NCBI GenBank assembly: GCA_965198115.1
Contig: OZ240241.1
Coordinates: forward strand, 8,288,001 to 8,352,000
Length of the DNA: 64,000 nt
Direction: 5' to 3'
Origin: Candidatus Latescibacterota bacterium
GTDB taxonomy: Bacteria; Latescibacterota; UBA2968
Shown: one piece after another, positions 49,859 to 59,288 of the stretch
Position numbering within the stretch: position 1 is the stretch's first letter
Layout of the letters: every line of letters begins with the position of its first letter
Translations under genes and position numbers: made by a program
Notes under the pieces: model-generated
What the model saw: the letters and a program-made list of their open reading frames with translations, nothing else
What the model was told of the DNA's origin: nothing
The model's database searches: none

Positions 49859-52288
49859 ATGTTTCGCAACTACCTCTCAGTCGCACTCCGAAACTTCCTT
49901 CGATCGAAGCTCCAGTCGACGCTCAGTGTCCTGGGGCTGACGATCGGGTTCGCGAGTGCGATCGCCATCCTGGTCTACGTTCAATTCGAGCTGAGCTACG
50001 ACAGCTTCCATCCGGATGCCGACCGGACCTATCGGATTCTGCGCGACCAGAGGGAAGACACCCGCTCGGTCACGAGTCCCGGAACGTCGGGCGCCCTGGC
50101 ACCGGCCTTGATGAAGGAAGTCCCGGAAGTCGAGGTCTCGACGAGGTGGCACACGTGGACATCAAACTGGGCGAAGAGGCCTGGCGAGGTCGTGACGAAG
50201 CCCGCTCGCCCGGTGGCGTGGGTCGATGCGAACTTCTTCAAAACGCTGGGGTTCGAGATGGTTTACGGAGATCCGACCACGGCCTTGCTGGACCCGGGGT
50301 CGCTTGTCATCTCGACGGACGCGAGCGCCCTTTTCTTCGGCTCCGAAAACCCGATCGGAAAGACCCTCGTCCTCGAAAACGCAATGGGACTGGGGGACCG
50401 CACGATCACGGGTGTCTACCGTCTGCCCCGGAATTCCTCGCTACGGTTCAACTTCCTCATGCCGGGATCTCCCCGGGGGTTTCAGTTCAATGCGTGGCAG
50501 CCCGAAGGAGGAGGGGCGATGGCCTGCCACACATTCGTGAAACTACGTCCCGGCACCTCCCTGTCGCAGCTGACGGATCGTCTTCACGACCTGATGGAGC
50601 GCCACATGGGCGCGGAAGTCCGGGCACGTGATCGCTATCGTCTCCAACCGATCGAGGACATTCACCTCTATACCGAGGCGAAGTTCCGGGGCTCGAGCCA
50701 GAACAGACGTGTCCAGCACGGAAACGCGCAGACGGTCTACACGCTGATGGCCATTGCTTTCCTGATCGTGCTGATCGCCGGCGCCAACTTTACGAACCTG
50801 GCGATGTCACAGTCGATGCAGAGAACACGCGAAGTAGGCATGAGGAAGGTGTCGGGGTGTTCGCGGGGCCAGATCATCGGGCAGTTTGTGGGGGAGGCTG
50901 TTCTCCTGGCGCTGGTTTCCCTGCTGCTGGCAGTTGGCATCGTGTTAGTCGTTCTGCCGGAGTTCGCTGCGTTCGTGCAACGGGATATCTCCTTGAGCCT
51001 GGGCTGGTTGTCTACCGGTGCATTGCTCTTGCTGGCGGTGGGAGTTGGCACCGTTGCTGGATACTTGCCAGCTCTTTTCCTCGCGTCATTGGATCCGGTC
51101 GCTGCGCTGAAGGGGACCCTGAATGAATCGTCGTGGGGGGGTGTCTTCACGAAGGGTCTGATCGTTTTACAGTTCGCGATTTCGGTATGCCTCGCCGTTG
51201 GATCGGTCGTCGTCTACCAACAGTTGCGGCACATGCAGATACGACCTCGGATTCAACGACAAGCAGTTGATTCGGCTGCCCCTGTTCGACCGGGACATGG
51301 GCAAGCAGTCGGACTGGGACAAGCTGCTCGCCCACCGCTACGGAGGCGTGAAACGGACGTTCCTGGATCACCCATACGTTTTGTCCGCAACAGCCTACTA
51401 CACGCCCATGGGAGAAAAGAGGACAGCGGGCAGGTACACTGCGGAGGACGGGCGAGAAATCATCGCCCACACGCAGCACGCGGACCCGAATTTCGTCTCG
51501 ACGTTTCAGATCGAGTTGTTGCAGGGCTCAGTCTACAAGAGGGCTCAGGTCGACGGTGAGTTCGAGATTCTTGTGAACAAGACGCTCGTGGAGTCGATGG
51601 GCTGGTCGATCGAGGATGCCGTTGGGAAGGTCCTCAGCGAGGTAGATGGAAATGTAGGAAGAGGGACCATCGTCGGCGTCGTGCAAGACTTTCACAGCGA
51701 GGCGTTACGCGATCCCGTGCCACCGTTCGTGATCACGAACCGGTCTCGCACCTACGAATACATCGCGGTTCGGTTCGATGGCCGGCACCTCCGGGAGGTG
51801 ATGAGTTTCCTCGAAGAGAAGTGGTATGACTATCTCCCTACTCACCCGTTCGAATACGAATTCGTAGACGAGGCCTTCGATCGACTATACCGCGAGGAAG
51901 AGCGATGACTCGCCTCGTAGGCACGTTCGCGGGTATCGCTATCTTCATCGCCTGTATCGGGCTTTTCGGTCTCGCCTCGTATCGCACGGAACGTCGGACG
52001 AAGGAGATCGGGATCAGACGCGCCGTTGGAGCCGAACGATGGCAGATCGTGGGCCTCGTCTCCGGCGAGTTCGTCAAGCTCGTTCTCTTGGCCACGATCA
52101 TCGCCTGGCCGGTTTCGATCGTGCTATCCGACGCCTGGTTGAGCGACTTTGCTTATCGAAAAGATCCCGCCTCCTGGCTCTTCCCTGCAATCGGCGCGGC
52201 CGCTCTCCTCCTCGGGCTGCTGACAGTTATCTATCACTCCATCCGTCTCGCCTCAACGGATCCGGCTCAGACGCTTCGCGACGAGTGA
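49859..52288 (+). pseudogene. MacB/FtsX-type permease, copy 4 (divergent), frameshifts near 51240 and 51905
   Basis: IAGANFTNLA..RTREVGMRKVSG, QFAIS, GVVQDFH, KEIGIRRAVGA and DPAQTLRDE over three ORFs. It may be intact in vivo. Confidence 0.85.
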
Positions 52289-52353
52289 TGAGCGCGTGAC
52301 GTGAGTGTAGGAACTTTGGTCACTGGTCACCGGTCAATCTTCTGTTCGTCTCG

Positions 52354-52710
52354 ATGTTTCTGCTCACAGTGATCGCCACCGCCACCGATCTCGATTCCAT
52401 TCGAGTTCAGACTTTGGTCTTCGCCAAAGTCGACGGCTACGCCCCCGTCGTCCCCGTCCCAGCCGAACACGCGATAGGATCATACGATATTGAGAAGACC
52501 CCGCGCTGGCTGAGGGTCAAGCCCTCACCGGTCGTTGATGGCGAGCCGATCGTCTCTCACCACACCTTCTACTCCGCGTTCGTTGGAGCAGACGTCGGAT
52601 ACAACGTGATGCTCTCCCGCCGAAATACGGTGAAGAAGGCACGCGCAGATATCCGGTCGTCTACCTGTTGCACGGAGGAAGAGGGAACGAGTATTCGAAT
52701 GTGCCGATGA
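52354..52710 (+). CDS. Hypothetical protein or gene fragment
   Basis: ORF fills the gap with plausible codon usage; no motif recognised and boundaries are uncertain. Confidence 0.3.
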   Translation: MFLLTVIATATDLDSIRVQTLVFAKVDGYAPVVPVPAEHAIGSYDIEKTPRWLRVKPSPVVDGEPIVSHHTFYSAFVGADVGYNVMLSRRNTVKKARADIRSSTCCTEEEGTSIRMCR

Positions 52711-52869
52711 GTGGAAGCTTCACGATCCCGGTTTCGGAATCGTGATCGACAATCAGGACCAAACCCCTGAGGAGACGGCTGATCTGATCGCCAACTACAT
52801 CAAGGATGGAGCGACCGAGGTGAAGCCCTTCTGAGATCTTCCGGTAGAGGTTGGGCCGAGGGGTGCGCT

Positions 52870-53687
52870 TCAGGTCGTAGTAGCAACCGGCGGCAGCTTC
52901 CTGATCCCGAGCCGCTCTGACCAAGTTGAAAAGGTCTCGCGCGGCCCGACCCACCTCAGCTCTTCGACGTCGTCGAAGACGTCGGCGTCGGACCGGAGGG
53001 TTGCCAGCTCCCGGAACAGAAGGGCATGGTGTCGATTGCCCTCCCCCATGACGTCGGGCGGAAAGCGGTCGATCGATCCGTATTTCTCGAGCAGCCGCGC
53101 CGCCGTTTTCGCTCCGATTCCGGTGATGCCTGGGAAGCCGTCCGCCGAGTCACCCACGAGCGCGAGGTAATCGGGAATCTGTTCGGGGTCGACGCCGAAT
53201 TTTACGCGAACTCCAACGGCGTCCCGGATGATGTTCTTTCGCCGGTCGATTTGAACGACCCGGTCCTCCCGAACGCACTGCGCCAGGTCCTTGTCCGGCG
53301 TCCAGATGCACACCTTCTCGGCCCGCTCGTCCTCCTCCGCACGGTGCGCAGCCGAGCACAACGCGTCGTCCGCTTCCAGCTCCACCATCGGCCAGACCTT
53401 CACGCCCATCGCCTCGAGCGCTTCCTCCAGCGGTTCGAACTGGGCCCGCAGTGCCGGATCCACCCTTCCCCGGTTTTGTAGCCAGGCCAGAGGGCATTCC
53501 GGAACGATTCGATCACGTGGTCAGTCGCGACCCCGACGTGTGTAGCGCCGTCTTCGATCATTTTCAGAACGGTGCCCAAAACGCCGCGCACCGCCCCGAG
53601 CGGCCTGTCTTCGCCCTCAGTCCCTCGGCGAATGCCGTAGAAGTGCCGAAACAGCTCATAGGTTCCGTCAATCAGATGGATGATCAT
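52870..53687 (-). CDS. Stand-alone 5'-3' exonuclease/flap endonuclease (PolA N-domain-like), frameshift near 53463
   Basis: HLIDGTY, FRNALWPGYK, EADD, TPDKD, LVGDSADGFPGITGIGAKTA (H3TH motif); one G missing in a G run. Confidence 0.88.
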
Positions 53688-53746
53688 GTCACAACCCCAA
53701 AATGTTCCGTGTTCTATCTTCCATCTTCAATGCATAATGTTCTGTC

Positions 53747-54949
53747 TTAAATCTTCGATGCTACAGCCTTGCTCTCCAGCCACTCCTTCGTCACTTCGAT
53801 CCCGAACCCGGGCGCATCGCTCGGCGTCACGAAGCCGTCCTTGATCACCGGTGTGCCCGGAAGGACGACCCTTTCCTCGAGCGGAACACCGGGTGGCGAT
53901 ACGCCCTCCGAACGTTCCCCCCACAGGATCGCCGGCATCGCATAGGACAAGTGCTGGCCATACGGATAGTTCATTCCGCCGTGAGCGATGACCGTCAGGC
54001 CGTGCGCCTCCGCGATATGGCAGATTCGGACCAGCGCCGTAATGCCGCCCGCCCAGGCGACATCGGGTTGCAGGATGTCCACCAGACCCTGTCCGGCCGC
54101 CAGTGCGAAGGGGTGAATCGTATACCAGTGTTCGCCGGTCGCCAGAATCTGCTCCGGTACCCGCTGGCGGACTTTGACATAGCTGTCCATGTCCTCGGGA
54201 AGCAGATAGTCCTCCAGCCACTTCAGCCGGTAGGGTTTTAGCGCTTCGACGAGCCGCACCACATACTCGATATTGAAGGACATCCAGGCATCGAGCATAA
54301 GCTCGACGTCGTCCCCGATCTGCTCTCGCGTTCTCGCGACCAGCTCCTCCGTTTTGCGGATTCCTTCAATGTCTGACTCGGGCCCGTAGCGCGCGAAGAG
54401 CTTCACCGCTTTGAATCCCAGTTCCAGGAACCATTCGATGCTGTTCTCTGTACCGTATGAGAGGATCGTGTTGCTGGCGTAGCAGAAAATCTTCTCCTTC
54501 TGCGGCCCTCCCAGCAGGTTGTAGACCGGACATCCCAGCAGCTTCCCCTTGAGATCCCACAACGCGTTGTCGACCGCGCTGATCGCATAGCTGGCCAGAC
54601 CGGCCGTGTGGTACTGGGCGGACGCCCGGCGCATCAGATCCCACGCCTTCTCGGTTCCCATACAGTCCTGACCCACCAGCAACGGCGCGAAATGGTCGTT
54701 GATCAGACTGATGACCGGGCCGCTGTTTGCCGTGAGGCCCAGACCCCACGTGCCGTCCTCCGCCGTGACCGTACACGCGACACGGCCCCAGCCCGGATTC
54801 CAATCGCCTCTCCTGAAGTCGGGATACCTCGCCATGGGACTGGTGAATCCGTCCGTCTCCAGTTGTGGCACGCGAGGCTCTGTTTTGGCCTCAAGCGTGA
54901 GGTCGACAACCGCGGCACGAATCTCTTTTATCTTCAAGTCAGCCTCCAT
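53747..54949 (-). CDS. Mandelate racemase-subgroup acid-sugar dehydratase (L-rhamnonate dehydratase-like)
   Basis: SAVDNALWDLKGK, LMLDAWM, WLED, TGEHWYT, QPDVAWAGGIT and IAHGG motifs. Confidence 0.85.
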   Translation of the reverse strand: MEADLKIKEIRAAVVDLTLEAKTEPRVPQLETDGFTSPMARYPDFRRGDWNPGWGRVACTVTAEDGTWGLGLTANSGPVISLINDHFAPLLVGQDCMGTEKAWDLMRRASAQYHTAGLASYAISAVDNALWDLKGKLLGCPVYNLLGGPQKEKIFCYASNTILSYGTENSIEWFLELGFKAVKLFARYGPESDIEGIRKTEELVARTREQIGDDVELMLDAWMSFNIEYVVRLVEALKPYRLKWLEDYLLPEDMDSYVKVRQRVPEQILATGEHWYTIHPFALAAGQGLVDILQPDVAWAGGITALVRICHIAEAHGLTVIAHGGMNYPYGQHLSYAMPAILWGERSEGVSPPGVPLEERVVLPGTPVIKDGFVTPSDAPGFGIEVTKEWLESKAVASKI

Positions 54950-55159
54950 CCGGGTAGGCGAAACATGGACAGCCCCTTGATCCTGTTCGCAGAATCATTG
55001 GAGCAGTCGAGCCTGCAATGACTGCGAACAGATAGAAGAACCTTTCACTTGGCAATCGTCGAGGATACCATACCGTAAATATAAACGCGAGCGGCGGAAC
55101 AAGCAGGACCTGTGTGTACGGCGAAAAGCTGATGTCATAACTACCACGACACCCTGCGC

Positions 55160-55255
55160 CCGTAGAAGTGCCGAAACAGCTCGTAGGTTCCATCGATCAG
55201 ATGTACGATCATGTCACGAGACCAAAATCTTCACATGTTCTATCTTCCATCTTCA
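55160..55255 (-). repeat. Diverged direct repeat of the flap-endonuclease 5' end and leader (53635-53730)
   Basis: Encodes MIVHLIDGTYELFRHFYG versus MIIHLIDGTYELFRHFYG, and shares upstream TGTTCTATCTTCCATCTTCA. Confidence 0.85.
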
Positions 55256-55313
55256 TTGTCCCTGCCGTACTTGAATCGATCCAGGAAGTGACGCGAACCG
55301 AAAGGATGAAAGC

Positions 55314-56219
55314 ATGTCGCAGCAGGAGTATCGCGTGGCACCGAATGGGTTCACACCCGAGCAGTGGGAGGAATTCACAACCGAGGGACTGCTCGTGATT
55401 GAGAACGCGCTGTCTCAGAACGAGATAGACTACTACCTCGAAGCCATCGACCGGTGCTGCGCCGCTGACGCGAGTTTCGACCCCGCGAAGTTCTACATGA
55501 CGGAAAACATCGTCGAAAGAGATCCGGCCTTCGCAGAGTTGATCGATCACCCCAGGCACGTCGGCTACGTGTATGACATCTACGGGGAACTGCTCAAACT
55601 GCACCTGTCACAGATCTTCATTCGCCCGCGTGACAGTGTTCACAACCATTGGCATCCCGACGGTGCACGCGTCGTGCCCTATGCGGTTTTCGCCCGGGAA
55701 TTGTCCCTTCAGGTGAAGGTCAGTTACTGGCTGACCGATCTGCCTTTTCCCGGAATGGGCAACTTCGTCTACATGCCGGGGAGTCATCGGTCTCAATACT
55801 CGGAGCACTACTGGACGCACGAGAGCGTGCCGGGTGAAAAGATACTCTGCGTACCCAAGGGGACGATGACGATGGTGCAGTGCAATACCTGGCATCGGGT
55901 CGAACCCAACGAGAGCGATGTGGTCCGGAAGAATCTCTTTCTGTCCTACTGTCCTTCCTGGATCTACGAGGGTGACCGCATCCAGTCTTCCCCAAATTGG
56001 CTCAAGACATTGAACCGGGAACAGCGCATCATCATGCGGAGCTATGCCTACGGCTATGACCGAGCCAAACCGCCCGTCGAAGACTTTCCGCTCTTTCTCG
56101 ACCGTGAGACCGGTTGTGAGTCTGATCCCGACGTCGATGACCGTATCCCATTGCAACAGCGCAAGCGTCGTACGATGCACGAAAAGCTGGGTCAACCGCT
56201 GGGAACGACGACGACGTAA
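55314..56219 (+). CDS. Phytanoyl-CoA dioxygenase (PhyH) family Fe(II)/2OG dioxygenase
   Basis: EGLLVIENAL, WHPD (HxD), MPGSH, TWH and RKNLF motifs. Confidence 0.88.
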   Translation: MSQQEYRVAPNGFTPEQWEEFTTEGLLVIENALSQNEIDYYLEAIDRCCAADASFDPAKFYMTENIVERDPAFAELIDHPRHVGYVYDIYGELLKLHLSQIFIRPRDSVHNHWHPDGARVVPYAVFARELSLQVKVSYWLTDLPFPGMGNFVYMPGSHRSQYSEHYWTHESVPGEKILCVPKGTMTMVQCNTWHRVEPNESDVVRKNLFLSYCPSWIYEGDRIQSSPNWLKTLNREQRIIMRSYAYGYDRAKPPVEDFPLFLDRETGCESDPDVDDRIPLQQRKRRTMHEKLGQPLGTTTT

Positions 56220-56284
56220 CAGGGCGGTGTGGCAATTGAGGGAACGTCAGGCGCGCCCTGATCGGATGTAAAGCGAGTCGCTAC

Positions 56285-56440
56285 ATGCCCAATGCTTCCG
56301 TAGAAGGGTTGGAGCCCGAGCTGGTGAACCTGGCCGCGGACAGGCCGGGCCAGCTGAAGCTGATGCAGGACAGGTTGAGGGAGGAACTGGTGAGGTTGCA
56401 GGCACCGCCGGAGCAGCGTCAGCGGTTGGGATTGGACTGA
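56285..56440 (+). pseudogene. Probable remnant of a sulfatase C-terminus
   Basis: ELVNLAADRPGQLKLMQDRLREELVRLQAPPEQRQRLGLD resembles sulfatase tails (ExxNLA...L); no upstream domain present. Confidence 0.4.
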
Positions 56441-56501
56441 CCGCCACGAATAGACGTGACGGAATCGGAATCCTATTGCAACGATCGACAGAGGAGACAG
56501 A

Positions 56502-57362
56502 ATGGCAAAGATCAGGTTGGCGACGTGCCAATTTCTACTCGAGAAGCAACCGAGCATCAACCTCGCGCATATCAAACGCCAGATGCGGGCTGCCAAACGA
56601 AGGGGCGCCCATCTCATTCATTTTCCCGAGGCCTGCTTGACCGGCTATCTGGGCGCGGAATTGAAATCGGTGAGAGAAACCGATTGGGATGAAGTGCAAC
56701 AGTGCGTGGCCGACGTGAGGAAGCTGGCAACCGAGCTGGGTGTCTACGTCGTGCTCGGCTCCAATCACCAGTTGACGGGAAAACACAAACCGCACAATTC
56801 ACTCTACGTCATCGACGACAGAGGCCGTATCAGGACCCGCTACGACAAGCTTTTCTGCACCGGGTTCAGCGACAACGACGGCGACCTGAAACATTACAGC
56901 CCCGGCTCGGAGCTCATCACCTTTACGGCGCAGCGGGTGAAATGCGGCCTGCTGATCTGCCACGACTTCCGTTATCCGGAGCTGTTTCGGGAGTACAAGA
57001 AACGCGGCGTGCAGTTGATGCTGGCCTCTTTCCACAACGCCAACATGACCGCGAAGCAGTACCGGCATTATCAGATGTCCATTCCGGCAACGCTTCAGTC
57101 GGCAGCGGCCAGTAACTTCTATTGGGTCAGCTCCAACAACGGCACCCGCAAGTACGCGTGGCCCAGCCTCGTCATCAACCCGGAGGGTTGGATCGTCAAC
57201 AGAGCCCGCCCTCACCGGCAAAGTGTCCTCATCACCGATGTCGACACGGACGTGAAGCTTTACGATGCGTCCGCCGCGTGGCGCAAACGGTGCATGCGGG
57301 GTGTCCTCCATAGTGGCCGCGTCGTGAGAGACAGACGCTCGCGGGATCGCACCTGTGTGTAA
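56502..57362 (+). CDS. Carbon-nitrogen hydrolase (nitrilase superfamily)
   Basis: Glu-Lys-Cys triad in FPEACL, YDKL and ICHDFRYPE; AGGAG RBS. Confidence 0.92.
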   Translation: MAKIRLATCQFLLEKQPSINLAHIKRQMRAAKRRGAHLIHFPEACLTGYLGAELKSVRETDWDEVQQCVADVRKLATELGVYVVLGSNHQLTGKHKPHNSLYVIDDRGRIRTRYDKLFCTGFSDNDGDLKHYSPGSELITFTAQRVKCGLLICHDFRYPELFREYKKRGVQLMLASFHNANMTAKQYRHYQMSIPATLQSAAASNFYWVSSNNGTRKYAWPSLVINPEGWIVNRARPHRQSVLITDVDTDVKLYDASAAWRKRCMRGVLHSGRVVRDRRSRDRTCV

Positions 57363-57479
57363 AGGCGGAGATCACAAGCCCCAGTCGCGGCTCAGTTGAT
57401 CAACCGTTAACCGAGAAATTCCTATATTTGACGGGTCACTCCGGACCTGGCCCCGAAGCGTCATCCAATCGTAGAGCCC

Positions 57480-58394
57480 ATGGAACCCGACACTCGCTCC
57501 GAAGAATCCGAAGAAAAGGACCAGAAGAAAAATCGGCGTCCCCTGATCCTGGGGTTGACCGCCGCCGTTCTGGCATCCACGGTCCTTGGCGCAGTCGTGC
57601 TGACCCAGTTACAGCCGAAACCGAAAGCCATCAAGAAATCGGAGGGCTCGAAGAAGCGGGTAGAGAGAACCGCACCGGTGAAAAAGTACATCGCCCACGG
57701 CCGTCTGCATCCAAAAGGCGCCACCCAAGAGCGAGAAGCTGGGAAGCCAATTGAAAACCGCAAGACCACCCCTCGCCGCAAGGACGACCGAAAGGTCTCG
57801 GATCGGCTCGTTTCGAACGCCGAGACATCCCCGGCCGATTTCCTGAAGGGGGCCGATCCCGATCTGCAGAAGGACGTCGATGTCAAGACGACGGGAAACC
57901 GTATCGAGAGCGTCTCCATCGCCATCGATCCCAGCGCATCGGATGGAGAGATCATCGATAAACTACTCAAGATGAAGGACTTGCTCGACCTGAGCGACGT
58001 GGGCGATGTGTCCCAGATGACGCTGACCTTTAGCGATGGCCGACAGAACCTGGATCTGAACGTAGCCAACCTCGTCGAGGATTACGCAATCAAGACGATT
58101 CAATCGAGCTTTCGCTACATCAGCCCGCGGATCTACAAATCCGTCGAAGCCGAAGTCGACGCGGAGCAGTCACTCAACACGAGAGGGAAGGCGTTCTGGG
58201 AGAGAGTTCGGGTGAAGAAGGTGGTCGTGCACGTGAATGCCAGTAACTGGGACGCGGAGCCGCCGCAGGACAAGGTTAACCTCTTGAACGAAACCGTTCA
58301 GTACTTGAAGACGCTCTACCCACAGGTCACCCCCTTCCTCACGCTGAAGTTCGATGACGGAAGGAACGACCTGGAAATGAAATCCGTTCTGTAG
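57480..58394 (+). CDS. Hypothetical membrane-anchored protein
   Basis: Single TM helix (LILGLTAAVLASTVLGAVVL), Lys-rich linker and a globular C-terminal region. Confidence 0.65.
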   Translation: MEPDTRSEESEEKDQKKNRRPLILGLTAAVLASTVLGAVVLTQLQPKPKAIKKSEGSKKRVERTAPVKKYIAHGRLHPKGATQEREAGKPIENRKTTPRRKDDRKVSDRLVSNAETSPADFLKGADPDLQKDVDVKTTGNRIESVSIAIDPSASDGEIIDKLLKMKDLLDLSDVGDVSQMTLTFSDGRQNLDLNVANLVEDYAIKTIQSSFRYISPRIYKSVEAEVDAEQSLNTRGKAFWERVRVKKVVVHVNASNWDAEPPQDKVNLLNETVQYLKTLYPQVTPFLTLKFDDGRNDLEMKSVL

Positions 58395-58469
58395 ATCGCG
58401 CTTTACGAACGAGGTGTCACTTTGACGGTCGCAGTCGCGAGCCAGGACATTCTGCTGACCGTACATCAA

Positions 58470-58500
58470 ATGCTCCTCCCTGGACTTGCAGGAGGGGCAT
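58470..58500. terminator. Hairpin between convergent genes
   Basis: ATGCTCCTCC...GGAGGGGCAT stem. Confidence 0.45.
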
Positions 58501-58617
58501 CGTCATAGGCCCCGAGTCGGGAGACTCAGAGAACGGGTGTCAAAGCCAACAGCTCGTCCAGTTTCGCTTCCAGTTTCGAGGTTGATGTAGAGGGTGGCCA
58601 GGGCGCAGCCGCTGCAA

Positions 58618-59166
58618 TCAGCCTCGTTCGGAACATCCCCAATCGGTCCACGCCGCGTCGGATGTTCCTCGACACAGTCCCCTCCTCGTTCCAGCTGGCC
58701 GATGGCTTGAATCCGCCGAATCGCGTGGGACCCACATCGAAACTGCAGGCCATCGGGCGCGAAAGAGGTTTGAATCGGGGCCAGGTGACACCGCCGGCTG
58801 AGGGCCAGGGTGCCGAAGGCATCGCGCCGAGGCTTTCGCGTAGGCCTCGAGTCCGCCGCGATGCGTCACCCATGAAAAAGGACTGGAGAAGTAGCCGAAT
58901 AACGGTCCTCGATCTTCGGGCGGTATTCCGAAGTCTGCCTGAGCCTCTTGCCACCGGTCCTCGACGCACGGCCAAATCTCCTCGTAGAGTCGCTTGAAAG
59001 CCTTCTCGTTCGGTCCCAGAGCCCCGTTCCTATCCCCCCCGACGGGTATGATGTGTGGGAACAGATCGAAGAAGAGTCGGTCTCGGCGATCCACGATGCG
59101 CTTACGCTTCTCAAGGATCATCGCAAACAGGTCGGGAACCCCGTCGAGATTTACTTTCGTGAGCAC
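58618..59166 (-). CDS. Hypothetical protein, 3' end uncertain (possible frameshift)
   Basis: The first ~105 aa look protein-like, then composition changes; an overlapping frame ends at 58526. Confidence 0.35.
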   Translation of the reverse strand: MLTKVNLDGVPDLFAMILEKRKRIVDRRDRLFFDLFPHIIPVGGDRNGALGPNEKAFKRLYEEIWPCVEDRWQEAQADFGIPPEDRGPLFGYFSSPFSWVTHRGGLEAYAKASARCLRHPGPQPAVSPGPDSNLFRARWPAVSMWVPRDSADSSHRPAGTRRGLCRGTSDAAWTDWGCSERG

Positions 59167-59288
59167 ACAATTCGTGCGAATAACGGGATAGGAACATCCA
59201 GAAGATCTCGAGCGATCTGGACGTTGTAGATGCCCTCGAGCACATCCCTAAGCGGCCGGCCACTGAAGTCGCAAGCAGGAGATCACGC

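Noticed and set aside
40547-52288. Diversity-generating retroelement or shufflon acting on the permease paralogs
   Set aside because: No reverse transcriptase or invertase is present, and differences between copies are not adenine-specific.
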